From Rickettsiales bacterium (GTDB lineage Bacteria; Pseudomonadota; Alphaproteobacteria; Rickettsiales; CANDYO01), in the NCBI GenBank assembly GCA_049653745.1, contig JBASGW010000073.1:22924-86923 (forward strand): DNA of 64,000 bases. Reading direction: 5' to 3'. The position numbers and the translations under genes are program-made. The notes beneath the pieces were generated by a model, which was not told the origin of the DNA, ran no database searches, and saw only the letters and a list, made by a program, of their open reading frames with translations. This document shows, piece after piece, positions 9,631-18,571 of this stretch. Numbering within the stretch: position 1 is the stretch's first letter; the number at the start of each line of letters is the position of its first letter.

Positions 9631-12600
9631 TTGAGCATGAAAATCAAACAAAACTTTAAAGATATAAAAAAGACAGAAGATATTGACCAATCTGCGTTAG
9701 AAAATTATTTATCTGCTCTTTATCAAAATATTTCAAGCCCTCAAGAGCAAGCTAATGTTTTAATTAATGAGTTAGGGCGTTTAACGGGAACTAATAAATT
9801 TGAAAGTTTAAGAGATAAATTAACTCAAGTGGTTTCCCCTGGAGAGACTAAGCTTATTATTGAAGAGATAAAAAAAACAGCTGAGGCAATTTGTTATAAG
9901 TTAGGCAATAATTTAGTTGCTACCCCAGAAAAATTTAAAGCAGAAGTAAAAAGTGCCACTATAAATGCCTGCGATGCGGGTGCATTAACTAATATGCAAA
10001 AGATGCTTTATGGCATGGATAATTCACTATATGTTCAAAAATATGATTATATTCAAAATTTAGCTAATGAATATATTAGAATGCATCGTTTAGCAGGTGG
10101 AGTGCATGGAGTTAATGAGCTTATTCATGAGGTAAGTTTAGATTATAATGTAATGCCACCCCGTGATGTGCATGCTAGGTATCGTAATCTTTCTCAAAAT
10201 CCTAATGAAGACTTTCAAAAAAATTCTAAATTTAAAGATTATCTAGACCGGCATTTAAGCACGCGAGAAGGTGTGTATAGTTTCGCTGAAAATGTTGCAA
10301 ATAGCTATTTAAGCAATTTACCAGATGCGCCAGAAAATAATCAAAAATTTATGGTTAAAACTAATGAGCAAGAAAGTGAGCAGTTGGAGCAAATTATAGC
10401 AGTTTCAGATTCTTTAAACATTCCAATAACTAGCGTCATCCAATATTCAGAAGATGGATCTGAATTTGAGTATAAGCCAGATTATATGTCAATTATTAAA
10501 GCTGCGGTAATGCAAGATCTAACAAATCAAGGAATGATAGAATATGAACCATTAATTGTTAATGAAAGAGAAACTATTATTACTTATGCCCCACCGAGAA
10601 GAGAGTTGGATGAGAAGGGTAAAACAAGAGTTATTTATGATACAGAAGGAACTTCTAAAAGCATAGAAACTAAGAATCAAATAATAGAATCTTCAGATGG
10701 TTGGTATTTAACCGAAACTATTACTGATAAAATGGTCCCTAGTAAAAAAATATTGGATACATCTGAGCTAGGGGGATTGACCATAGATGGGGAAAATATA
10801 GAAGATTATTTACATACGCATTTAAAAGCACCTCTAGCAGCAGGAATAAGTTTTGAAGATAGTTTAAGGGTGGTTATTGAAAATAATAAAAATAGTGTTG
10901 CGTTATCAGAGCCTGACATAGCCACTGAACTATTTTTATTAAGCGATCAGGCGTCCACCCTTAGAGGAATTTTAAGTAGTTCAGAATTAAGTTCCATGAC
11001 TATTGTGAATATAAAAAAATGGCAGAAGTTTAGTAACTTAATCCAGTCTAATTCTCCTGATTTATTGCCTTATATAGCACGATATGGTGATAATTCAATG
11101 CTGGATGTTTATTTAAATCAGCAAGGTAACGAAAATATAAAGCAATACCGAAACAAATATAATGAAAGTTTATTACACATTGCTGCTGGAAATGGAAATC
11201 AAGAGATAATTCCTAGTTTAATAGAAGCAGGAATTGATGTAAGTGTTAAAGATGACTTGGAGATGACAGCTTTGCATTGGGCTGCATCTTATGGCAAAGT
11301 GGAAGCAATTGCTAAGCTAATTGAATTAGGAGCTGATATTAATGCTAAAGATAATCAAGGGAGAGCAGCTTTACATTTGGCTGCGGATAATGTTAAGGCT
11401 GAAATAATAGAAAAATTAGTTAGTTTGGGTGCTGATATTAATACTAAAAATAATTCTAGTAATACAGCGCTGCATGTAGCTGCTGCGTCTGGCAAGGTTG
11501 AGGTAATAGTAAAGTTAATTGAGTTGGGTGCTGATATTAATGCTAAGAGTAACAAGGGTAATACAGCGCTGCATGTAGCTGCTGCGTCTGGCAAGGTTGA
11601 GGTAATAGTAAAGTTAATTGAGCTGGGTGCTGATATTAATGCTAAGAGTAACGAGGGTAATACAGCGCTGCATGTAGCTGCTGTGTCTGGCAAGGTTGAA
11701 TCAATCGTAAAGTTAATTGAGCTGGGTGCTGATATTAATGCTAAGGATAATGAGGGAAAAACGGCTTTACATAGAGCTGCTGTGTCTGGCAAGGTTGAAG
11801 CAATAGAAAAATTACTTGCTTTGGGAGTCGATGTTAATGCTAAAGATAAAGATGGTAGAACAGCTTTGCATTTGGCTGCGGATAATGTTAAGGCTGGAAT
11901 AATAGAAAAATTAGTTAGTTTGGGTGCTGATATTAATGCTAAAGATAATGAGGGGAGGTCAGCTTTACATTTGGTTGCTATTAATAAATTTAATTTTGAT
12001 AAGCATAATGATGGTTTTGACTATTATAGTAAAATGCGAGATTCAATGAAAAAATTAATCGAATTGGGTGCTGACATTAATGCTAGGGATAGAGATGGTT
12101 ACGCAGCTTTACATTTGGCTGCTAAAATGGGTAATAACAATCAAATGCAAATTTTAGGTGCATTACCTAATCTTACGGATATCAGGGATAATGAAGGGAG
12201 AACCGCTTTACATTTGGCTGCTCTTAATGAAGAGGCGCTATACACTTTATATCAATTAAAAATTGATATAAATGCTAAAGATAATGAAGGGGAAACAGCT
12301 TTACATTTGGTTGCTGCTAATGGGAAATTACTCGCAATAACAAAATTATTTGAATTAGGCGCGGATATAAATGCTAAAGACAATAACGAACGGACGGCAT
12401 TGCATTTGGCTGCAGCTAATGGGCAGATAAAAGCAATAACAAGCTTAATTAAAAAAGAAGCTGTTAATATTAAGGATAAAGATGGTCGAACAGCTTTGCA
12501 TTTGGCTGCGGCTAATGGCCGTGAACAAGCAATAGAAAAATTAATTGTTTTTTATAGCTATAATATAAAAGATACAGATAAAAATGGTTTCACAGCCTTA

Positions 12601-13221
12601 CATTTGGCTGCGGCCAATGGCCATCTGCGATCAATAGCAAAATCAATTGAGCTAAAAGCTGATATAAATGCTAAAGATAACCAGGGGCGAACAGCCTTAC
12701 ATTTAGCTACAGATAGTGGGCAGATGAAAGCTGTTTCTGCATTAATTAAATTAGGAGCTGATATAAATGCTAAGGATATTAATAATAAAACAGTTTTAGA
12801 GTTGGCCGCTGAAAAGGGGCAGATACAAGAAATAGTTGCTTCCTGTATGAATGGTAATAAAAACACACCTGATCTGATTGTTAAACAAATTAATCAAGCT
12901 GGTGAGGATATCCAAAACAGTCCTGCAACTTGGATTCTAGTTGAGGAAATCATCAAAAAAACTCCTCCCAAAAAACGTGTTGAAGTGATTAGTGAGGCTT
13001 TAAAGTCAATAGATAATATTGTTATAAAAAATAAGTTACAAAGCTTTCTTCCTGCTCACGAGAGAGCCTTAGCTAGTGCTATGATTCCTGTTGCTGCGTG
13101 GCAAGCGGTGCGTGAAGCGGCCGAATTAATACAGGGCAATTCTAATGCTAATGTTTCCGATAGAAAGAGAGAGAATGCGAGCTCCTTGGAAAATCCATCT
13201 AAGAGGCAGCGAGAACTATAA
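9631..13221 (+). CDS. Large ankyrin-repeat protein (about 500-aa unknown N-terminal region, about 20 ANK repeats, basic C-terminal tail); candidate secreted effector
   Basis: 1196 aa. Repeated 33-aa 'G.TALH.AA..G..E.I.KLI.LGADINAKDN.' units run from about residue 510 to 1050. C-terminus is 'SDRKRENASSLENPSKRQREL'. The start may be ATG 9637 rather than TTG 9631. Confidence 0.9.
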   Translation: MSMKIKQNFKDIKKTEDIDQSALENYLSALYQNISSPQEQANVLINELGRLTGTNKFESLRDKLTQVVSPGETKLIIEEIKKTAEAICYKLGNNLVATPEKFKAEVKSATINACDAGALTNMQKMLYGMDNSLYVQKYDYIQNLANEYIRMHRLAGGVHGVNELIHEVSLDYNVMPPRDVHARYRNLSQNPNEDFQKNSKFKDYLDRHLSTREGVYSFAENVANSYLSNLPDAPENNQKFMVKTNEQESEQLEQIIAVSDSLNIPITSVIQYSEDGSEFEYKPDYMSIIKAAVMQDLTNQGMIEYEPLIVNERETIITYAPPRRELDEKGKTRVIYDTEGTSKSIETKNQIIESSDGWYLTETITDKMVPSKKILDTSELGGLTIDGENIEDYLHTHLKAPLAAGISFEDSLRVVIENNKNSVALSEPDIATELFLLSDQASTLRGILSSSELSSMTIVNIKKWQKFSNLIQSNSPDLLPYIARYGDNSMLDVYLNQQGNENIKQYRNKYNESLLHIAAGNGNQEIIPSLIEAGIDVSVKDDLEMTALHWAASYGKVEAIAKLIELGADINAKDNQGRAALHLAADNVKAEIIEKLVSLGADINTKNNSSNTALHVAAASGKVEVIVKLIELGADINAKSNKGNTALHVAAASGKVEVIVKLIELGADINAKSNEGNTALHVAAVSGKVESIVKLIELGADINAKDNEGKTALHRAAVSGKVEAIEKLLALGVDVNAKDKDGRTALHLAADNVKAGIIEKLVSLGADINAKDNEGRSALHLVAINKFNFDKHNDGFDYYSKMRDSMKKLIELGADINARDRDGYAALHLAAKMGNNNQMQILGALPNLTDIRDNEGRTALHLAALNEEALYTLYQLKIDINAKDNEGETALHLVAANGKLLAITKLFELGADINAKDNNERTALHLAAANGQIKAITSLIKKEAVNIKDKDGRTALHLAAANGREQAIEKLIVFYSYNIKDTDKNGFTALHLAAANGHLRSIAKSIELKADINAKDNQGRTALHLATDSGQMKAVSALIKLGADINAKDINNKTVLELAAEKGQIQEIVASCMNGNKNTPDLIVKQINQAGEDIQNSPATWILVEEIIKKTPPKKRVEVISEALKSIDNIVIKNKLQSFLPAHERALASAMIPVAAWQAVREAAELIQGNSNANVSDRKRENASSLENPSKRQREL
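11452..11750 (+). repeat. Three near-identical 99-bp (33-codon) tandem repeats inside the ankyrin gene
   Basis: 'aatacagcgctgcatgtagctgctgcgtctggcaaggttga...' recurs at 11461, 11560 and 11659, an exact 99-nt period. A second dispersed duplicate, 'gcggataatgttaaggctg[a/g]aataatagaaaaattagttagtttgggtgctgatattaat', occurs at about 11383 and about 11879. Confidence 0.9.
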
Positions 13222-13291
13222 AGATTAATCAGCTAAAGTTAGAAAAATTCTTATGATAATGTTTTAAGATAACGAAGAAATTTTATAAATC

Positions 13292-13319
13292 TTGACAAGC
13301 TGGCAATATTTTGTAGTTT
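13292..13319 (+). promoter_or_regulatory. Candidate sigma70-type promoter for tRNA-Pro
   Basis: TTGACA (13292-13297), a 16-nt spacer, then TAGTTT (13314-13319). The tRNA 5' end lies 12 nt downstream. Confidence 0.3.
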
Positions 13320-13330
13320 TATTTAATATT

Positions 13331-13407
13331 CGGAGCGTAGCGCAGCTCGGTAGCGCACTAGACTGGGGGTCTAGGGGTCGCTGGTTCAAATCCAGTCGTT
13401 CCGACCA
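13331..13407 (+). tRNA. tRNA-Pro (anticodon GGG), CCA encoded
   Basis: Manual cloverleaf: acceptor CGGAGCG/CGTTCCG, D-arm GCGC-AGCTCGGTA-GCGC, anticodon arm CTAGA-CTGGGGG-TCTAG, T-arm GCTGG-TTCAAAT-CCAGT, discriminator A, then CCA. Confidence 0.9.
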
Positions 13408-13429
13408 TTTTTATTTTATCTAGGTTCTG

Positions 13430-14122
13430 TTGATGAGTCTTTTATTTAAGCGGATTGTTTCGTTCGCTAGAAAACGCAGTAATAATCCTAAAAAGGAATC
13501 TGAAGTATTAAGCCAATTATTGCCTAGTTTTTCTGCTATAGTTCCTGAAGACGGTGGTGTGTTAGAAAAACTTAGTGATGTTTTTTCTCAAGATAGTAAT
13601 CAAAACAACTTTAAATCATATGTGTTGGAAATAGGTTTTGGTTCAGGAGAGAATATTTTAGAAAGAGCTATAGATGATCCTGATATTGGATTTATAGGAT
13701 GTGAAGTATTTACCGGTGGAGTAGTGAAATTACTTGAATGTATTGATGAAAACCAAGTAAAAAATATTAGAATATGGCATGATGACGCTTTGGAATTGAT
13801 AGCTCGTTTGCCTCTTGATAGTTTGAAATTAGTTTATATTCTGCATCCAGATCCTTGGCCAAAACAAAAACATAAAAAAAGAAGATTAATTAACGCTGAA
13901 TTCTTAAAGCTAATTACTTCAAAAATTATGCCTAATGGCGACTTGCTTATTATAACTGATCATAAAGATTATGCTAAGCATATTAATCAGACTGTTAAGG
14001 AAGTTGAAGATATTTTAATCCGCAAACATAGCAATTATCCTGAAATTACCAAAACTAAATATCGCCTTAAAGCAGAAGCGATTGGAATGGATTCTGAATA
14101 TTTTTATTTGGTTAAAAAATAG
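13430..14122 (+). CDS. trmB: tRNA (guanine-N7)-methyltransferase
   Basis: SAM motif 'LEIGFGSGE' and 'ILHPDPWPKQKHKKRRL'. 230 aa. The start may be ATG 13433. Confidence 0.85.
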   Translation: MMSLLFKRIVSFARKRSNNPKKESEVLSQLLPSFSAIVPEDGGVLEKLSDVFSQDSNQNNFKSYVLEIGFGSGENILERAIDDPDIGFIGCEVFTGGVVKLLECIDENQVKNIRIWHDDALELIARLPLDSLKLVYILHPDPWPKQKHKKRRLINAEFLKLITSKIMPNGDLLIITDHKDYAKHINQTVKEVEDILIRKHSNYPEITKTKYRLKAEAIGMDSEYFYLVKK

Positions 14123-14123
14123 T

Positions 14124-15137
14124 ATGAAAATTTTAGGTATTGAAACTAGTTGTGATGAAACTTCAGCAAGTGTTGTAACTGATTCAAAACAAATTTTATC
14201 TAATATAATTATAAGTCAGATAGCAGAGCATAAAGAGTTTGGTGGGGTCGTGCCAGAAATTGCTTCAAGAGCCCATTTAAGTTATTTGCAAGAAGTGGTG
14301 ATCAACTCCATGAAAGAAGCTAGCTTAAGTTATGAAGATTTAGATGCTATAGCGGTGACTGCTGGCCCTGGTTTAGTTGGTGGGTTGTTAGTTGGAATAA
14401 CCTTTGCTCAAGGGTTGAGCTATATTATTAAAAAGCCAGTTATAGCAATTAATCATTTAGAAGGGCATGCATTAACCGCAAGATTAACTAATGAAGTTCA
14501 GTTCCCTTATTTAACTTTATTAGTTTCTGGTGGACATTGCCAAATTTTGATTGTTGAAAATGTGGGTATTTATCATAAATTGGGAGGGACATTAGATGAT
14601 GCTGTGGGAGAGTCTTTTGATAAAGTCGCTAAAATGTTGGGTCTTGATTATCCTGGTGGTCCGGTAGTTGAAAGGATGGCAATTGATGGTGATCAAAAGC
14701 GTTATGTTTTTCCACAGGCAATGAAAGGAAGGAATGGTTGTGACTTTTCTTTTTCAGGATTAAAAACAGCTGTGAGGCAGGTTATAGCTAAGACAGAACT
14801 TACCGAAAAAAATATATCTGATTTATGTGCGTCGTTTCAGTATACAGTAAGTGAAATTTTAATTGATAGAGTTAATAATGCAGTTAATATAGCTAAAAAA
14901 TCTCATCCCCAAATTAAGCAATTAGTTATAGCCGGAGGTGTGGCAGCTAATCAATATCTCTTTAAAAAATTGCAAAGTGAGATGATCGCTCATGATCTTC
15001 AAGTCATTGCGCCACCAATTAAGTTATGTACAGATAATGCAGCTATGATAGCTTGGGCTGGGGTTGAGAGGATGAGTTTAGGTCTTATAAACACTCCTGT
15101 AATGGTTCACCCAAGATGGCCACTTGGATCAAATTAG
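14124..15137 (+). CDS. tsaD: tRNA N6-adenosine threonylcarbamoyltransferase
   Basis: 'MKILGIETSCDETS', 'INHLEGH', 'VSGGH', 'GGVAAN'. I place the start at the in-frame ATG 14124 (canonical N-terminus) rather than 14082, which would overlap trmB. Confidence 0.9.
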   Translation: MKILGIETSCDETSASVVTDSKQILSNIIISQIAEHKEFGGVVPEIASRAHLSYLQEVVINSMKEASLSYEDLDAIAVTAGPGLVGGLLVGITFAQGLSYIIKKPVIAINHLEGHALTARLTNEVQFPYLTLLVSGGHCQILIVENVGIYHKLGGTLDDAVGESFDKVAKMLGLDYPGGPVVERMAIDGDQKRYVFPQAMKGRNGCDFSFSGLKTAVRQVIAKTELTEKNISDLCASFQYTVSEILIDRVNNAVNIAKKSHPQIKQLVIAGGVAANQYLFKKLQSEMIAHDLQVIAPPIKLCTDNAAMIAWAGVERMSLGLINTPVMVHPRWPLGSN

Positions 15138-15202
15138 TCTTTAATCTGATTTTGAAGGGTATATTAGAATGTTGGGCAATAAAAATAACAAATGTAAGAA
15201 GA

Positions 15203-15235
15203 AATCCTTGGGCATAATATTGATACCCAAGGATT
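15203..15235. terminator. Hairpin between convergent tsaD and the phasin-like gene
   Basis: AATCCTTGGG (15203-15212) and CCCAAGGATT (15226-15235) form a perfect 10-bp inverted repeat with a 13-nt loop. Confidence 0.5.
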
Positions 15236-15247
15236 GTAAAATGTGGC

Positions 15248-15877
15248 TTATTTTTTTGAATGGTTGGTTTTGCTAGCGCTAGACTTTTCTTCAGAGCTAT
15301 AATGTTTTTTGTTATGAGATTTGCACCCTAATTGTTCAGCCATTTTTTTGCTTGCGGCTTCAAAAATTTCTAAGTTTGCTTTAGTATACATTTCTGCCAA
15401 TTCTTTAAAATCTGCAACCATAGCTTCAAAGCTGGCACGAACAAACTCTTCTTGAGATTCCATATTAGACTTATGGTCTCCTGAGTGGTTAAAGTTTTGC
15501 ATAAGCTTATATAATTCTTCGGTGTGCTTTTGAGTGATTTCTGCTTGTCTACGCATCATTGCTTGAGAATTTTCTAATGAAAGATGACTTAAGTCAGCAA
15601 AAACTTCTGCTCCCTTTATATTTTTCATAAAGTTTAAAGGATTTTCCTGGTTAGTTTCATTAGAAGGGGTAAAAAGCTTCATCCAGGGCATATTTTCTGC
15701 CATCTTGGTGTAAGCTTCCATCCATTGATTACTAGGTGAATTAAAATCAAACCCTTTATGAAGATTATTGGTGTGGCTTTTAAATGTTTCAGAGGCTTGG
15801 CTCCAAACATTTGTATGATTTTCCATGGATTTTTTAAACATGTCCATTGCTGGGTGATTCATAAAATTATTCATCAT
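15248..15877 (-). CDS. Hypothetical protein, possibly phasin-family (PHA granule-associated)
   Basis: 209 aa and predominantly helical. 'ENSQAMMRRQAEITQKHTEELYKLMQ...SFEAMVADFKELAEMYTKANLEIFEAASKKMAEQL' resembles the phasin heptad pattern. Basic Ser/Lys tail. The assignment is from memory only. Confidence 0.35.
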   Translation of the reverse strand: MMNNFMNHPAMDMFKKSMENHTNVWSQASETFKSHTNNLHKGFDFNSPSNQWMEAYTKMAENMPWMKLFTPSNETNQENPLNFMKNIKGAEVFADLSHLSLENSQAMMRRQAEITQKHTEELYKLMQNFNHSGDHKSNMESQEEFVRASFEAMVADFKELAEMYTKANLEIFEAASKKMAEQLGCKSHNKKHYSSEEKSSASKTNHSKK

Positions 15878-16227
15878 TTATAGTGCTCCTTTAGTGAATT
15901 ATAAATTTTTATTAAAACTCTATCGATATTAATATATTTTGTACTATAAAGCAATAAATATTGCATTATGTTCAACTAATACTCTCTGAAATCAATGATT
16001 TTAGATTTCATTATTGGTCAATGAGGTGTTTTTTTGAGTTAAGGCTGAACTTACTTCCCCCAAATGCTCCTATTGCAGATGCAACTAGTTGGCCTTATTT
16101 TGTTCCTTTTGTGCTAGAATAAAATTGATTCTATCTATTGAAGCAAGATATCCATTTGCTCCTTGACTTTAATTGGCTTCTAACCTATTAAAATAGTTAG
16201 TATTTATTTATAGGAGCGATAAAAAAA

Positions 16228-16941
16228 TTGCTTGAAAAAGAAGAGCGAATTGCCAAATTAATTGCCAGAAGCGGAGCTTGTTCTAGGCGCGATGCTGAAA
16301 AACTTATTGAAGAGCAAAGAGTTACATATAAAGGCAAAATTATAGATTCTCCAGCAATGAAATTTTTTGGTCTAGATGATATAAAAATTGATGGGCAAAC
16401 TTTACGACTTTCTGCATCTAGGTTATGGCTTTATCATAAGCCTGTTGGTCTGGTGGTGTCTCATAATGATGAGCAAGGAAGAGAAACTATATTTGATTAT
16501 ATACCTCTTAAAGAGCGTGTTATTTCTATAGGTAGATTAGATAAAAATACATCTGGTCTCTTGCTTTTAACGAATGACGGTTCTTTAGCTAGGAAGTTAG
16601 AATTACCCGAAAATAACTTTAAAAGAACTTATTTAGTTAGAGTTTTTGGTGATTTGAATTTTCCTCAGCTGCAAAAATATCTTGCTCAAGGGGTGGTTAT
16701 TGATGGGGTTCATTATCGCCCTATTAAAATTAAGTTAGAGCAAAGTGGAGAAAATAATCACTGGATTCAGCTTACAATTACTGAAGGCAAGAACCGAGAG
16801 ATTCGAAAAATTTTAAATTATTTTGATTTAGGAATTAGTAAATTAACAAGAATTGCCTATGGTCCTTTTGCGTTAGGAGATCTTAAAATAGGATCTGTGG
16901 TTGAAATGCATGATTGGCAGACGCTACTTAACTCAGACTAA
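16228..16941 (+). CDS. rluB: Pseudouridine synthase, RsuA/RluB family (S4 domain plus catalytic domain)
   Basis: S4 motif 'RIAKLIARSGACSRRDAEKLI'. Catalytic 'GRLDKNTSGLLLLTNDG'. 'EGKNREIRK'. TTG start. Confidence 0.8.
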   Translation: MLEKEERIAKLIARSGACSRRDAEKLIEEQRVTYKGKIIDSPAMKFFGLDDIKIDGQTLRLSASRLWLYHKPVGLVVSHNDEQGRETIFDYIPLKERVISIGRLDKNTSGLLLLTNDGSLARKLELPENNFKRTYLVRVFGDLNFPQLQKYLAQGVVIDGVHYRPIKIKLEQSGENNHWIQLTITEGKNREIRKILNYFDLGISKLTRIAYGPFALGDLKIGSVVEMHDWQTLLNSD

Positions 16942-17037
16942 AGCCATAATATTAAGCATTCATACTTATAATTTGACTATAGATTCTTAAAAAGATAATC
17001 TTATTAATTATATCTATTTAAGTTAAGTAATAAAGAA

Positions 17038-17670
17038 ATGAAACCATATGTAATAACTGTGGCTCAACAAAAAGGTGGCAGTGGCAAATCAACCATAGCG
17101 GTTCATTTAGCTATTGCTCTTACTAAGTTGGGTAACAAAGTTGCTTTAATTGATACGGATCCTCAGAAAACAACATCTCATTGGTTTAACTTAAGAAAAG
17201 AGATGACATTTGAGTGTAAATACCCAGTTGAGTCTTACATAAGCACGGGGTGGAAAGTGGCTAACGAAATTAGCCGTTTAAATCACGTGAATATTATTAT
17301 CATTGATAGCCCTCCTCATATGGAAACTGAAAATAAAGCAGCAATACGTTCGGCGGATTTAGTTTTAATTCCTTGTCAGCCTTCACCAAATGATTTATGG
17401 GCCACTAATTCTACTTTAGAAACCGTAGCTAAAGAAAATAAAAATAAGGTATTAATTTTAAATCGCTGTCCACATCAAAGTAAATTATTAAAGCAAATAG
17501 AAGATTATTTTCCTCAAGATTTAACTAAGTATACTATTGGAAATAGAGTGGCATTTGCAGGGGCTATGATGAAAGGATTGACTTCTATAGAAACTGAGCC
17601 TCATTCGGTGGCTACTAATGAAGTTATGCAAATTGCAGAAAATTTATTTAACGCTTTTATTAAGAAGTGA
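17038..17670 (+). CDS. ParA/MinD-family P-loop ATPase (orphan, no parB adjacent)
   Basis: Deviant Walker A 'QQKGGSGKST', 'IDTDPQ', 'IIIDSPP'. 210 aa. Confidence 0.75.
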   Translation: MKPYVITVAQQKGGSGKSTIAVHLAIALTKLGNKVALIDTDPQKTTSHWFNLRKEMTFECKYPVESYISTGWKVANEISRLNHVNIIIIDSPPHMETENKAAIRSADLVLIPCQPSPNDLWATNSTLETVAKENKNKVLILNRCPHQSKLLKQIEDYFPQDLTKYTIGNRVAFAGAMMKGLTSIETEPHSVATNEVMQIAENLFNAFIKK

Positions 17671-18566
17671 TATATAAAAAGATGCAAAAAATTATAAAAA
17701 TAATTAGATATATTATAGATCTTAATACTAAAGCCATTACTAACCTCATTAATCATGATGGCGTTGAGCATGCTGGCTATATGGCTTTTATTAGCCTTTT
17801 GTCGTTCTTTCCTTTTTTAATTTTTATTATGTCATTTTCAAGTTTTATTGGAAATTCAGAATATGGTAAAGAGGTCCTTTCTCTTTTATTAGATAACATG
17901 CCAGCTTATTTAAGCAGCACTTTACAAAATCGTGTAGAAGAAATTGTTTCTGGCCCTCCTAGAGGTTTGCTCACTTTATCTATTGTGGGTGTGATTTGGA
18001 CTTCATCTTCTGCTCTAGAGGGGCTTAGAACAATACTAAATAAAATTTATCATGTTAAAACTCCTCCTACTTATATTTTAAGAAGGTCTCTAAGTATTTT
18101 GCAGTTTTTTATTATTACTTTAATTATAGTTTTTAGTATGTTTTTATTGGTATTTCTGCCGATAATTTTTCAGAAAATAAGTGCTATAAGTTATTTTCAG
18201 CCTATTCTTGAAGTAAAAAATTTACTCCAAAATAATATGCTGAATCCCATTTGGGATAATGTTAGATATCTAACTTTTGTTATTACTCTTTTTGTTAGTG
18301 TAATGATTTTGTATCATATGATTCCCAATGTTAAATTAAGTGTTAGATCTCTTATTCCTGGGGCAATATTGGTTAGTTTGGGTTGGATTTGTGGAGGCTC
18401 TCTTTTATCTGCTTATGTCTATGAATTTTCTCAAGTAAATATTGTTTATGGAAGCTTGGCTGGGTTTATAATAACGCTAATATTCTTTTATATAATTCAT
18501 ATTATTTTTATTTATGGTGCTGAGGTTAATTATTTGCTCCTTCAAAAAAAGAATAAAGCTATTTGA
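17667..18566 (+). CDS. YihY/BrkB-family integral membrane protein
   Basis: 299 aa with about 6 hydrophobic segments. 'GYMAFISLLSFFPFLIF' is a typical YihY N-terminal motif. GTG start overlaps the parA-like stop by 4 nt; ATG 17682 is an alternative start. Confidence 0.65.
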   Translation: MIYKKMQKIIKIIRYIIDLNTKAITNLINHDGVEHAGYMAFISLLSFFPFLIFIMSFSSFIGNSEYGKEVLSLLLDNMPAYLSSTLQNRVEEIVSGPPRGLLTLSIVGVIWTSSSALEGLRTILNKIYHVKTPPTYILRRSLSILQFFIITLIIVFSMFLLVFLPIIFQKISAISYFQPILEVKNLLQNNMLNPIWDNVRYLTFVITLFVSVMILYHMIPNVKLSVRSLIPGAILVSLGWICGGSLLSAYVYEFSQVNIVYGSLAGFIITLIFFYIIHIIFIYGAEVNYLLLQKKNKAI

Positions 18567-18571
18567 TTATT

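Noticed and set aside
11355-11792. 145-aa antisense ORF inside the ankyrin gene (and a second at 12558-12866).
   Set aside because: Both lie entirely within the ANK repeat array on the opposite strand. Their open frames and internal periodicity are a by-product of the 99-bp repeats and of stop-poor GCN/NGC codon complements. The sense frame has the unmistakable ANK consensus.
14082-14123. N-terminal extension of tsaD overlapping trmB (and the analogous 51760-51807 extension of the OMP gene overlapping the upstream glycosyltransferase).
   Set aside because: In both cases an in-frame ATG downstream gives the canonical N-terminus ('MKILGIETSCDE' and the signal peptide 'MSKKIVLTF...') and removes the overlap.
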